Part shown: piece after piece, positions 38,273 to 47,612 of the stretch
How positions within the stretch are numbered: position 1 is the stretch's first letter
Layout of the letters: every line of letters starts with the position of its first letter
Origin: Candidatus Latescibacterota bacterium
Lineage (GTDB): Bacteria > Krumholzibacteriota > Krumholzibacteriia > WVZY01
Length of the DNA stretch: 64,000 bases
Assembly (NCBI GenBank): GCA_020352495.1
Contig: CP070677.1
Span: 3,059,296 to 3,123,295 of the forward strand
Direction of reading: 5' to 3'
Notes under the pieces: model-generated
The model's input: only the letters and a program-made list of their open reading frames with translations
The model's database searches: none
Told to the model about the DNA's origin: nothing
Made by a program: the position numbers and the translations under genes

Positions 38273-38878
38273 TCACTCCTCGTCGAACAGAGCCTTAATC
38301 CGACCCCACGTGCTCGGTTTGACGGCCACGCCGGTTACGTTGACCGAAACCGAATTGTTCGATTCATCCGGCTCCTCTACCATATTACCGGGATCCAACT
38401 CGAACGAGGCAAAATCCTCACCCGAATAATGAACCGTACACGATTTCTGGGCCTTTTTCTCGCAAGCGCACCACTCAGTACCGGGTATTGTGTCTCCCGG
38501 AGGTCCGAAAGCTTCGTTCCACACGCACTCCCCGATTTCGATCGGAGGTACCGATGAATAGTAACACTCGCCCTTGCATTCAGCCTCGGTCTTGAAAACA
38601 TGGCAGTTGTTGTACGACCTTGTGACGTCGATCGGCTCGCCATACACGGGAGCATCGTCGAGAAAGAACCCAATGTCGCTCACGATGATCGTATCCATGG
38701 GCATGTGGCTAAAGAACGTGTAGTGCGCTGTAAGCCGAATCGAATCCGGTGCTGGAAAGCCAAAGGTGATCGAGTCGGCTCTGATGTCGACCCAGGGAAC
38801 AGTGTCGTCTTCCTGTGCCGCCGGCAGATAAACCAGGGCCGTCAAAACGGCCAAAACCACTAACATTACGTATTTCAT
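38273..38878 (-). CDS. small secreted Cys-rich CARDB-like protein, paralog 2
   Basis: 201 aa. Same signal peptide and N- and C-terminal blocks as paralog 1, with a divergent central 30-60 aa. Seven Cys. Confidence 0.8.
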   Translation of the reverse strand: MKYVMLVVLAVLTALVYLPAAQEDDTVPWVDIRADSITFGFPAPDSIRLTAHYTFFSHMPMDTIIVSDIGFFLDDAPVYGEPIDVTRSYNNCHVFKTEAECKGECYYSSVPPIEIGECVWNEAFGPPGDTIPGTEWCACEKKAQKSCTVHYSGEDFASFELDPGNMVEEPDESNNSVSVNVTGVAVKPSTWGRIKALFDEE

Positions 38879-38965
38879 ACGTCACCCCCCTTTTGCGACT
38901 CTTTGCGGATGGGCCGGTTCGTCCCGGCCAGAAATACAAAAGTACGTGCCCCGATAGGCCCCTCA

Positions 38966-39562
38966 CTACTCTTCGAAAAGAGCCTTTATCCGACCCCATG
39001 TGCTCGGTTCGGTGGCGACCGATCCCACTGACACGGTGATCGAGTTGTTCCATTCTCTAAGTTCTTCTACCACACCGCCTGGATCCAACTCGAAGGTTGC
39101 CATATCCTCTCCCGAGTAGAGAACGGTCCGAGTTTTTGAAAAAGATTTTGTACAGACACACGGTTCCGCTATGAATATCGTGTCCATCGGATCGGACTCG
39201 AACCACTCGCACTCACCGAATTCGATCGGAGGCACCGAGCTGAAGTAACACTCCCCCTTGCAGTCCTCGGGCGTCGTGAACACATAGCAGTTGTTTAGTG
39301 ACTTTGTGACGTCGATCGGTTCCCCACCTACCGGAACCCCATCGAGCCAGAAACCCACATCGCTCACGATGATCGTATCCATTAACATACCGTTAAAAAC
39401 CGTATAATGGCCGGTGAGCCGAATAGAATCCGGCGCTGGAAAACCAAAGGTAAGAGAATCGGCTCTGATGTCGACCCAGGAAGGTGGGTCGTCTCCTTGT
39501 GCGGACGGAAGATACACGAGAGCCGTCAGAACCGCTAGCATAACTAGTAACACATATTTCAC
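38966..39562 (-). CDS. small secreted Cys-rich CARDB-like protein, paralog 3
   Basis: 198 aa. GTG start with GAGGGGG upstream. Same architecture as paralogs 1 and 2. Confidence 0.75.
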   Translation of the reverse strand: MKYVLLVMLAVLTALVYLPSAQGDDPPSWVDIRADSLTFGFPAPDSIRLTGHYTVFNGMLMDTIIVSDVGFWLDGVPVGGEPIDVTKSLNNCYVFTTPEDCKGECYFSSVPPIEFGECEWFESDPMDTIFIAEPCVCTKSFSKTRTVLYSGEDMATFELDPGGVVEELREWNNSITVSVGSVATEPSTWGRIKALFEE

Positions 39563-39710
39563 GCTGTACCCCCTCTTGTGCTGCTCCTTGCCGGCGACCG
39601 GGATAGGCCCTGAAGGATGACCACTAACCAGTGCCGAGCGTCAACGTCAGGAATGTGGAAACAGAAGACCAACGATCCGCCGCTGCAAAACGAACCGTCT
39701 TTACGTACTA

Positions 39711-39739
39711 ATTTTATCACCTACATCCCCCTGTTACAA
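39711..39739 (-). promoter_or_regulatory. candidate sigma70 promoter for the paralog array (TTGTAA-N17-TGaTAAAAT)
   Basis: Reverse complement of 39734-39739 is TTGTAA, followed by a 17 nt spacer; reverse complement of 39711-39716 is TAAAAT, with an extended -10 TG. It lies in the 358-bp gap after the RND gene. Confidence 0.45.
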
Positions 39740-39920
39740 CCCGTCGACCGGTGTAATGTGGAGCAGGGCACGGTGCTCTTGTCTGGGTTTTTGCACAGTG
39801 CTCGGGTCTACAATTGCGGTCCAACGACGAGCCAAGTGGGCTGAACCGACATAAGTTATTGGTATTGTTGCAAGTGAGTGTTACGCGGGTGTCGAGAGTC
39901 AGACTACCGGCACACGCGCC

Positions 39921-42900
39921 CTACCCACTCCTGGCGGGAGACCCGACAGATCGTTTTAAGTGTCTTTCGGCCATCCAGCAGTAGAGAACGGGCACGGTTA
40001 GCACCCGAACGACGACAAAGACCATCCCACCAAAGGATGGAATCGCCATCGGGACCATGATGTCGGAACCTCGACCGGTGGATGTCAGGACGGGGATCAA
40101 GGCAAGGAGTGTGGTGGCTGCAGTCATCAGAGCCGGCCGGACACGGCGCTTTCCCGCCTCGATGGTAGCGGTTCGAACCGCTTTTACTGTCGATGGTTTT
40201 CTGTGCGTGAAGCTTTGTTTCAAATAGGTGGATATGATGACACCGTCATCGGTGGCGATTCCAAAAAGAGCGAGAAAGCCGACCCACACGGCTACGGAGA
40301 GATTGTAGTTTCGGATTTGAAACAGTTCGCGCATGTCGACGCCAAGAATTGAAAAATTCAAAAACCAATCCTGGGAGTACAGCCAGATCATAAGAAATCC
40401 GCCCGACCAGGCGATGAAGATTCCCGAGAAAACGAGAAACGTCGTCGGGACGTGTTTGAACTGAAAGTAGAGGATCAAGAATATGATGATCAGGGCCAAG
40501 GGCAAGACGATCGTCAATCTATTCTCAGAACGGATTTGACTCTCGTAACTTCCCGCAAATGCGTAGCTGACTCCCGCCGGGAGGTCGAGCTCACCGTTGT
40601 TGATCTTGCCTCGCAGATATTTCTGGGCGTCTTCGACAACGTCCACCTCAGCGTACCCCGGTCTCTTATCAAAGATGACATAACCGACCAGAAAGGTATC
40701 CTCGGATTTGATCACCATCGGTCCGCGGACGAATCGAATCTCCGAGAGTTCCAAAAGTGGAATCTGCGTGCCGTCCGGAGCGGGTACGAGTATGTTGCCG
40801 AGATCCTCGATGGAGTTACGCAGTTCACGTTGATAACGGACTCTAACCGGATACCGTTCACGCCCCTCGACTGTCGTCGTGAGCCGTTTGCCCCCGATGG
40901 CGACTTCGATCACGTCTTGCACCCCTTGGATGCTTATTCCATACCTTGCGATGGCCTCCCTGTCGATGCCGATCTCGAGATATGGTTTTCCGACGATCCG
41001 ATCCGCCACTACTGCGGCCGGCTCTATTGACGGCACTTCTTTGAGGAACCGCTCGATTTGCAGACCGATGTGTTCGATCGTCTCCAGATCGGGGCCCTTT
41101 ATCTTGACGCCCAGCGGCGCACGCATTCCCGACTGGAGCATGACGATACGCGCCGCGATCGGCTGGAGTTTTGGTGCGGAGGTTGTTCCTATCAATTTGC
41201 CCGCTTTGATGATTTCGTCCCAAATATCCGTTGGCGTCTTTATGTGATCTCTCCAATTTCGATACGGCCGCCCATGATCGTCGGGTATCAGCTCGCCATG
41301 ATCATCCCGTGCGAACTCCCCATCTTTTTTGTTGTATTTGAATTTGATGCGGCGCCCGTTCTCGCCGACGATGTATTCCGGCTTGTAGTTGATGACGGTT
41401 TCAATCATCGATATCGGGGCGGGGTCCAGGGGTGACTCCGCCCGGCCGAGTTTTCCAACAACGGTCTCGATCTCCGGAATCGACGTGAATGCCTTGTCCT
41501 GCGTCTGGAGAACATCCAGAGCTTCACCGATCGATGCGTGAGGCATCGTCGTCGGCATATACAAAAAGGAACCCTCATCCAGATCGGGCATGAACTCTTT
41601 TCCCAACCCCGGGAAGGCGTGGTTCAACGAAACGTAAGCTGGCGTCGAGCGGACAAAGTTCGGCACAAAACCAAAGAGTCGATCGAACCCCAACCACACC
41701 GCTGTACCGACAAGCACGAGCACGAGCGGCAATACGAGAAACAAGAACTTGTGGTCGAGACACCAACGAAGAATCGGTTCGTATCCCTTGATAAAAAGCT
41801 GAACCAGCACGAGGATGCTTCCCAGAAGGATGACAACAAAAAAGAAGTTCAAAATGACTCCCGACCGCACACCCAAAGGCATCCAATGGGAGGCGAGGAC
41901 CCACGCAACAATAATGACGACAATATAATTGAGCATCGCGGGAGCTCTCGCCGCGATAGGCGTCGGAATGCGACTTTTGAATTGTAGGTACGCCGCCACG
42001 AGAATCAGACCAAATCCCGTAAGCCACAACGACCAGTACATCGCCGCGGCGGCCGCGATGAGCAACCCAACCCGCCACATCCGTCGGGAACGTATCGCGG
42101 CCTGCCCTTTTGTGAAGAGCAGATGCGCGAACGGCGGAACGAGTGTGAGCGCGACGATGATAGACGCGACGAGCGCGAACGTTTTCGTATAGGCCAGGGG
42201 CTTGAACAGCTTTCCCTCGGCCGCTTCCAATGTGAACACTGGGAGGAATGACACAACCGTGGTTGCCACGGCGGTCAACACGGCACCCCCGACCTCCGAT
42301 GCCGCTGCAAAGATAACGTTTCTCCGGGGTATCTCCGGCGGGGCGCGATCGAGATGTTTCACTATGTTTTCGGAGATCACGATACCCATATCGACGATCG
42401 TGCCGATCGCAATTGCGATCCCCGAGAGGGCAACGATGTTGGCATCCACCCTGAACGCTTTCATCGCGATAAACACGATCAGGACGGTCAGCGGCAAAAG
42501 TCCCGATATCAGAAGAGAACTGCGAAGGTTCATCATCATGATCACAACGACTATGATCGTGACCAGAATCTCATCGATAAGCGCCGTGTTGAGCGTTCCA
42601 AGAGTTTCGTGAATCAATCCGGTGCGATCGTAGAATGGTATGATCGTTACCTGAGAGACTCGGCCGTCCGGGAGTGTTTTTCTGGGAAGACCGGCCGAGA
42701 TCTCCTGAATTCTTTTCTTTACGTTCTTGATCGCCTCGAGTGGGTTCTCGCCATAACGTACGACAACCACCCCGCCGACGACCTCGGCACCCCCCTTATC
42801 CAAAGCCCCTCGACGAAGGGAGGGGCCAAGCGACACCGTGCCCACATCTGCGATTCGAATTGGCACATTTTCGCTTTGCCTGATAACGGTGTTCTCGATA

Positions 42901-43721
42901 TCCGAGATACTCTCGATGAAACCCAACCCGCGAATGACATACTCCGCTTTATTGATCTCGATCGTACGCGCACCGACATCGATATTGGACGTTTTGACCG
43001 CCCGAAACACGTCGGTAAGCGCCACGTTGTGCGCCCGCATCGCCTCGGGGTTCACGTCGATCTGATACTCCTGGACAAAACCACCTGCCGAAGCGACTTC
43101 GGCCACACCACGCGCCGAGAGAAGTGCGTACCTAACCGTCCAGTCTTGGATCGAACGAAGCTCATGGAGATCCCACCCTCCCGTGGGATTTCCGTCTTTG
43201 TCGCGGCCCTCCAGCGTATACCAGAAGATCTGACCGAGCGCGGTCGCGTCGGGGCCAAGGGCGGGCTGAACACCCGAGGGAATCGTGCCGGGCGGCAATG
43301 AATTGAGTTTTTCCAATACGCGGCTTCGAGACCAATAGAAGTCGATGCCGTCGTCAAAAATGACATAGACGCTGGAAAATCCGAAGTAGGAGTAACTTCG
43401 AATGGTCTTGACCCCGGAGATACCGAGCAGGGCGGTCGTCAAAGGATAGGTGACTTGATCCTCGACGTCCTGAGGAGATCTGCCCCTCCATTCGGTGAAG
43501 ACGATTTGCTGATTCTCACCGATATCCGGGATCGCATCGACCGGCACGGGATCACGAGGCAATCCACCAAGATCCCAATCGAATGGCGCAACCATGATGC
43601 CCCATCCAATGATCACCAGGGTCACCATCGTAACAACGAATTTGTTGTCGATGCAGTACCGGATGACGCGGTCGATCGGAGAGAGTCGACGACCGTCGGT
43701 GTCGTACAACTGGTTCGTCAT
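39921..43721 (-). CDS. CusA/CzcA-family heavy-metal efflux RND pump, enlarged (1266 aa)
   Basis: Typical heavy-metal-efflux (HME) RND sequence throughout. An extra hydrophobic block of about 110 aa lies between TM6 and TM7 (RMWRVGLLIAAAAAMYW...LVQLFIKGYEPILRW). An insert of about 45 aa lies in the second periplasmic loop. Confidence 0.9.
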   Translation of the reverse strand: MTNQLYDTDGRRLSPIDRVIRYCIDNKFVVTMVTLVIIGWGIMVAPFDWDLGGLPRDPVPVDAIPDIGENQQIVFTEWRGRSPQDVEDQVTYPLTTALLGISGVKTIRSYSYFGFSSVYVIFDDGIDFYWSRSRVLEKLNSLPPGTIPSGVQPALGPDATALGQIFWYTLEGRDKDGNPTGGWDLHELRSIQDWTVRYALLSARGVAEVASAGGFVQEYQIDVNPEAMRAHNVALTDVFRAVKTSNIDVGARTIEINKAEYVIRGLGFIESISDIENTVIRQSENVPIRIADVGTVSLGPSLRRGALDKGGAEVVGGVVVVRYGENPLEAIKNVKKRIQEISAGLPRKTLPDGRVSQVTIIPFYDRTGLIHETLGTLNTALIDEILVTIIVVVIMMMNLRSSLLISGLLPLTVLIVFIAMKAFRVDANIVALSGIAIAIGTIVDMGIVISENIVKHLDRAPPEIPRRNVIFAAASEVGGAVLTAVATTVVSFLPVFTLEAAEGKLFKPLAYTKTFALVASIIVALTLVPPFAHLLFTKGQAAIRSRRMWRVGLLIAAAAAMYWSLWLTGFGLILVAAYLQFKSRIPTPIAARAPAMLNYIVVIIVAWVLASHWMPLGVRSGVILNFFFVVILLGSILVLVQLFIKGYEPILRWCLDHKFLFLVLPLVLVLVGTAVWLGFDRLFGFVPNFVRSTPAYVSLNHAFPGLGKEFMPDLDEGSFLYMPTTMPHASIGEALDVLQTQDKAFTSIPEIETVVGKLGRAESPLDPAPISMIETVINYKPEYIVGENGRRIKFKYNKKDGEFARDDHGELIPDDHGRPYRNWRDHIKTPTDIWDEIIKAGKLIGTTSAPKLQPIAARIVMLQSGMRAPLGVKIKGPDLETIEHIGLQIERFLKEVPSIEPAAVVADRIVGKPYLEIGIDREAIARYGISIQGVQDVIEVAIGGKRLTTTVEGRERYPVRVRYQRELRNSIEDLGNILVPAPDGTQIPLLELSEIRFVRGPMVIKSEDTFLVGYVIFDKRPGYAEVDVVEDAQKYLRGKINNGELDLPAGVSYAFAGSYESQIRSENRLTIVLPLALIIIFLILYFQFKHVPTTFLVFSGIFIAWSGGFLMIWLYSQDWFLNFSILGVDMRELFQIRNYNLSVAVWVGFLALFGIATDDGVIISTYLKQSFTHRKPSTVKAVRTATIEAGKRRVRPALMTAATTLLALIPVLTSTGRGSDIMVPMAIPSFGGMVFVVVRVLTVPVLYCWMAERHLKRSVGSPARSG

Positions 43722-43724
43722 TCG

Positions 43725-45782
43725 TTATCTCGTCCCTTCAACCGCAGGTTTCAGAGTCTTCTTGATGGCCCCACACCGGAGCATGGTTTTGCCATAGAAC
43801 GAGTTCCACACCACATCCACTGTCTGAAGCCAGTACGCGCCGTTGTCATACGGCGCCATCGGACAATACGTGAGGTAGTAGTTCAGCTGTCCTGCGTGAC
43901 CGACCGATTCGTGTAGCTTAATGGTGGCTTTCGAAAGATAAAAAAAAGCATCGCGAGCGGTCTCGATACCCTCCGCGTTCGAGGTTTTTTTCGCCCACTT
44001 TGTCAGCTGCTCGGAACTCTTCGTCCATTGCTCTTTCCCGGCGCGTGAAAATGTAGACGCGTTGACGTCTTTTGTGGCAGTGAGGAGTCTCCTCGCGGCC
44101 GATTTGGCTTTCTCCAGGTCATCTTTTGCCAACGCCATCTGAACAGCGAAATAGGAATCATATACGGGTGTCAGCGTCTTCCGGGCCTCGTCACTCTCGT
44201 TCAATCGTCCGCGACCCAACTCACCACCGTTCGGTGAGACCGATGTCGTTTCGTCCCGATCATGCCGATGACCAATACCCGCTGCGTTTGCCTCGGAAGA
44301 CATCATGCTGGGTTTGGCTTGGATCTGGAGCTCGCTGTCGATCTTGAAGGCGCCGCTGGAAACGACGAGCTCTCCTTCCTCGATACCCGACTTGACCACA
44401 TAAAAATCTCCGGCCCGGGGTCCCAGCTCGATTTCGCGTCCCTCGAAGAGCGGTCCGTCGTCGTTGGGAATTTCTACATACACTACGGCGCGTTTACCGG
44501 TGATGAGCGGCGCGCTCGCCGGGATCAAAATCGGCGCTTTGTTGATGTCGATCGCTTTTCCGACATAACCAAGCGACGTCGCGGGCACCAGATCCATACC
44601 GCAGACATCACACTTACCGGGTCCATCCTTGACGACCTCGGGATGCATCGGTGATATCCACTTGTTGGCCAGGTAATCGTCAACGATATTTCCGTGGCCG
44701 TCGATCCGCGACTTGACGACACCACGGACGAACATATCCGGTTTGAGTTTTTTGCTCTTGTTGTCGACGATCGCCCTTACCTTGACGGTCCGGGTTTTTG
44801 GGTCTACGAGTGGATCGATGAAACTCACTATCGCCTCAAAGGTCTCGCCGGGAAATGACTGGGAGGTAAACTCCACACGTTGACCGTAGCGTAGCCACGG
44901 CAGATCCGATTCATAGGCCTCGAGCATCACCCAAAGCGTGGTGAGATCGGCTATACCATAGATACGGGTGCCCGTTGTGACATACATGCCCTCCCTTGCC
45001 TCTTTCTGGACGACGACACCGCCAACGGGGGCGTATATCGTCAGGTGATCCGATGCTTCGTGCGTGGCTTGTATTCGCTCGATTTGCCGGGGAGTAAGAC
45101 CAAAAAGCCGGAGTTTTTCTCGCGTGGCTTCCAGCGTGGCCTTCGCCGTGTATCGCAAGACCGGGCTCGCCGTGTTATCCAAAGCCGATACCGCGGTGTG
45201 CGCCTGGATCAATTCCTCCTGGGCGGCCAACAGTTCCGGGGAATACATCTGCACCAAGTGATCCCCTTTCTTGACGGTTATACCGGTGTAGTCGGCGAAC
45301 AGCCGGTCCAGTCTGCCAGGAACCCAGGCCGTGATGTATGCGAGCTTGGTCTCGTCGTAGGCAATTCTTCCCACCATACGCACCTCTGCCTCGGCGTACG
45401 CTCGCGTGGCCGGTGTCGTCTGAAGCCGCGCCAGTTGTCTGGCCGCCTGCGACATCCTGAGTTGACGGGGCGCGAGTCCGTCCCCGGCTCGCGATTCCAG
45501 TGGTATGAGATCCATAAAACAGATCGGGCACTTGCCCGACTTGGGCAGCTTGATCTGCGGGTGCATCGAACAGGTCCACATCGTTGACTCGGGAGGCCGG
45601 TCCACCGCGTGGTCTGCGTGTGGGTCTTCCGTTTTGACCGCTCTTTGATCACTGCTCCCAAACATCACGGCGCCAAGCACAAAGGCAAACACGGCAACAG
45701 CTCCCAGGGCAACGAGACCTCTTGACCCCCGAAGCGCGAACCTATCGATTGGTGTCCGAAATATTCTGCGTGACGTCATCAC
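43725..45782 (-). CDS. RND periplasmic adaptor (CusB-like) with two Cys4 heavy-metal-binding modules and a DUF3347-like tail
   Basis: WTCSMHPQIKLPKSGKCPICFMDL and WISPMHPEVVKDGPGKCDVCGMDL. Membrane-fusion-protein (MFP) barrel/lipoyl core. C-terminal YCPMAPYDNGAYWLQ. Stop is 3 nt before the RND start. Confidence 0.8.
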   Translation of the reverse strand: MMTSRRIFRTPIDRFALRGSRGLVALGAVAVFAFVLGAVMFGSSDQRAVKTEDPHADHAVDRPPESTMWTCSMHPQIKLPKSGKCPICFMDLIPLESRAGDGLAPRQLRMSQAARQLARLQTTPATRAYAEAEVRMVGRIAYDETKLAYITAWVPGRLDRLFADYTGITVKKGDHLVQMYSPELLAAQEELIQAHTAVSALDNTASPVLRYTAKATLEATREKLRLFGLTPRQIERIQATHEASDHLTIYAPVGGVVVQKEAREGMYVTTGTRIYGIADLTTLWVMLEAYESDLPWLRYGQRVEFTSQSFPGETFEAIVSFIDPLVDPKTRTVKVRAIVDNKSKKLKPDMFVRGVVKSRIDGHGNIVDDYLANKWISPMHPEVVKDGPGKCDVCGMDLVPATSLGYVGKAIDINKAPILIPASAPLITGKRAVVYVEIPNDDGPLFEGREIELGPRAGDFYVVKSGIEEGELVVSSGAFKIDSELQIQAKPSMMSSEANAAGIGHRHDRDETTSVSPNGGELGRGRLNESDEARKTLTPVYDSYFAVQMALAKDDLEKAKSAARRLLTATKDVNASTFSRAGKEQWTKSSEQLTKWAKKTSNAEGIETARDAFFYLSKATIKLHESVGHAGQLNYYLTYCPMAPYDNGAYWLQTVDVVWNSFYGKTMLRCGAIKKTLKPAVEGTR

Positions 45783-45848
45783 TCGTCTCCTTGAGTGCCC
45801 AGTCTTCTGTTTCTTCGACTGCTTTTCTGACCACGTTCTTGGCGTGCC

Positions 45849-47237
45849 CTATCGTTCAAATCCTTCAATCGGAGTCCCCGTAAGTCCTCGACCAATGACC
45901 ATCTCGATCTCCGCCCTGCTTACGGCCAAATCGGACTTGGCGCGTTCGTACTCGAGCTGGAAGTCGAGCAGCTGGCGTTGGGCGTCCAGCACGCTCAAGA
46001 AATCCGCCTCTCCGGCCTGATAGGACGTGTAGCTCGTGTTGAGCGATTGCTCGGCCTTAGGTATCAGTCCGTCGCGGTACAACCGAGTTTTTCTCAACGC
46101 GTCTTCGTACTCGAAAACGATCTTCTCCGTTAGCGCCTTCAGATGGTTTTGCGCATTTGCATAATCGTTCCGGGCTTTTCGGTATTGGGCTTCGGCTTCC
46201 TTTTTTCGCGACTGGTTCGCCCCAAACCAGATCGGCAGACTCACGCCAACGCTTGCCATCCACGCATCTTCACCGCTGTCCAACACGCCGGGACCACGTG
46301 CTTCGCCCGTTTCGATATAGTCCACTCCAATCGTGAAATTGGGATACGACATCTTGGAAGCGAGTCGCTTTGCCGCTGTAGTTTTATCAATGATGGACAA
46401 AAGCGACTTCAGATCGGGATTGTTTGCCAGCGCGGCTGTCACGATGCTGTCACGATCTACCGCGGTCTCCACCACTTCGATATTGGTCGGCACCGGGAGC
46501 TGAACGCTGTCCGGCAGATTCGTAACCGCCCTGAGCTTTGCCATGACCGGCTCCATCATGTCCTCCGCAGTGTGTAGCCGATCTTCGAGCTTCACAAGCT
46601 CGACCTGTGCTTTGATCACGTCCGGGTGTTGTTTCAGCGCGACTCGATACTTGGCCCGCGCGACCGACTCCCAGAACTTGAGCAGTTCGAGATTCTCCTT
46701 TGTGATGGCAATGTCTCTTCCCAGAAAGTAGAAGTCGTAATACGCGGACTTCACCTGATAGAAAAGCTTTAGTTTCTCCGAGCGGAACGCCTGATATGCG
46801 GCGTTTGCCGCTTCGAGTGTTACATCTTTTCGCGCACTCAGCGTTCCAAACCACGGGAACGTCTGCATCAGCTTGAACCGTTGGTTCTGCGGTCCCACTC
46901 GTGTTTCAACGTTCTCGATAAAATACGTGTAGGTAAACACGGGGTCGGGTAGAGTACCCGCGTAACCTGATCTCTCGACGACGGACTTCCATTGATAGAA
47001 GGCCGCCTTCAAGGCGGGGCTTTGTTTGGCGGCATAGACGAGATAATCTTTCAGACGGGCATCCGGAGCGAAACGTCCCGGGGCATGGCCGGCCGACTCG
47101 TAAACGGTCGCCAGAGAATCAGTGAGGTGGCGGGTCTGCCTTTGATCCAACGCCTTCGCCGATCCGGAGATCATGGCAACCGCCAGAAATGCCAGACTGG
47201 CTGATTTGATGAATCCGCGGGGCTTGTTTGGTCTCAT
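45849..47237 (-). CDS. TolC-family outer-membrane efflux protein
   Basis: Trimmed to the ATG at 47237 (MRPNKPRGFIKSASLAFLAVAMISGSAKA signal peptide). Two OEP repeats. Confidence 0.8.
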   Translation of the reverse strand: MRPNKPRGFIKSASLAFLAVAMISGSAKALDQRQTRHLTDSLATVYESAGHAPGRFAPDARLKDYLVYAAKQSPALKAAFYQWKSVVERSGYAGTLPDPVFTYTYFIENVETRVGPQNQRFKLMQTFPWFGTLSARKDVTLEAANAAYQAFRSEKLKLFYQVKSAYYDFYFLGRDIAITKENLELLKFWESVARAKYRVALKQHPDVIKAQVELVKLEDRLHTAEDMMEPVMAKLRAVTNLPDSVQLPVPTNIEVVETAVDRDSIVTAALANNPDLKSLLSIIDKTTAAKRLASKMSYPNFTIGVDYIETGEARGPGVLDSGEDAWMASVGVSLPIWFGANQSRKKEAEAQYRKARNDYANAQNHLKALTEKIVFEYEDALRKTRLYRDGLIPKAEQSLNTSYTSYQAGEADFLSVLDAQRQLLDFQLEYERAKSDLAVSRAEIEMVIGRGLTGTPIEGFER

Positions 47238-47303
47238 GACGATTCTATTTCCTTTTATGGCTCTCCCGAACGCCCGGTACCGGGATCTCTCGCAAGAGTC
47301 AAA

Positions 47304-47319
47304 TACAAATAACATGCCA
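47304..47319 (-). promoter_or_regulatory. weak sigma54-type -24/-12 candidate TGGCATgttatTTGTA upstream of the efflux operon
   Basis: The GG to TTG spacing is correct and the -24 element is good, but -12 reads GT instead of GC. About 55 nt upstream of the TolC ATG. A sigma70 alternative, TTGATT-N18-TAATAA, lies just upstream. Confidence 0.3.
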
Positions 47320-47382
47320 CAGTTCATAACTTATTAATTGTCAATGTATTACCGAATCAACACCTGGTCTCCATCGCGGGAA

Positions 47383-47440
47383 ACAGAGAATATTGTCTAT
47401 TCTGTGTTGACTATTCTTCGGTTATGGCGAATATTCTCTG
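47383..47440. promoter_or_regulatory. nested inverted repeats built on AGAGAATATT / TATTCT in the divergent cus / two-component intergenic region
   Basis: ACAGAGAATA-N5-TATTCTGTGT (47383-47407). An 11-bp perfect inverted repeat, CAGAGAATATT (47385-95) paired with AATATTCTCTG (47430-40). Four TATTCT/GAATA copies in total. Confidence 0.4.
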
Positions 47441-47612
47441 CGATTCACTCGAGACCCCGTGTGGTGCCGATGGCGTCATCCATCAGGCGGCGTCTCGACG
47501 GCCATTACTGATTGATTTATTTGAAGTCACGTATTCTGATTTCCGCAGGGTCATGCGTGGCATACGTGTTGCGTTGCCCCGCAAGACACACCCAGTCTGG
47601 AGGCAGAACCGC

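Larger units (their letters stand above)
37581..39648. repeat. tandem gene triplication, unit about 684-692 bp including the conserved spacer
   Basis: Starts at 38186, 38878 and 39562. The 87-bp spacers are also similar, including the GGCCGGTTCGTCCCGGC stem-loop. Confidence 0.85.

Noticed and set aside
37581-39562. Diversity-generating retroelement or cassette-switching explanation for the hypervariable cores.
   Set aside because: There is no reverse transcriptase, template repeat, recombinase or invertible-repeat pair anywhere in the window. The variability extends to indels, which fits old paralog divergence better.
39766-39783. GGCACGgtgctcTTGT sigma54-like string on the + strand. A similar CGGCAAtcatTGCA lies at 33483-33497.
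   Set aside because: The GG to GC spacing is off by 2 nt in both cases. The first also points into the antisense of the RND gene.
47424-47612. N-terminal extensions in ORF-track calls: kinase 47424, parA 51219, TPR 58775, TolC 47327, the T9SS (sorting-domain) protein 24567, groES 14872, serpin 642, marR 14911.
   Set aside because: In each case an internal ATG with a good SD directly precedes the signal peptide or the conserved N-terminus. The extensions overlap promoter or repeat elements, so the starts were trimmed.
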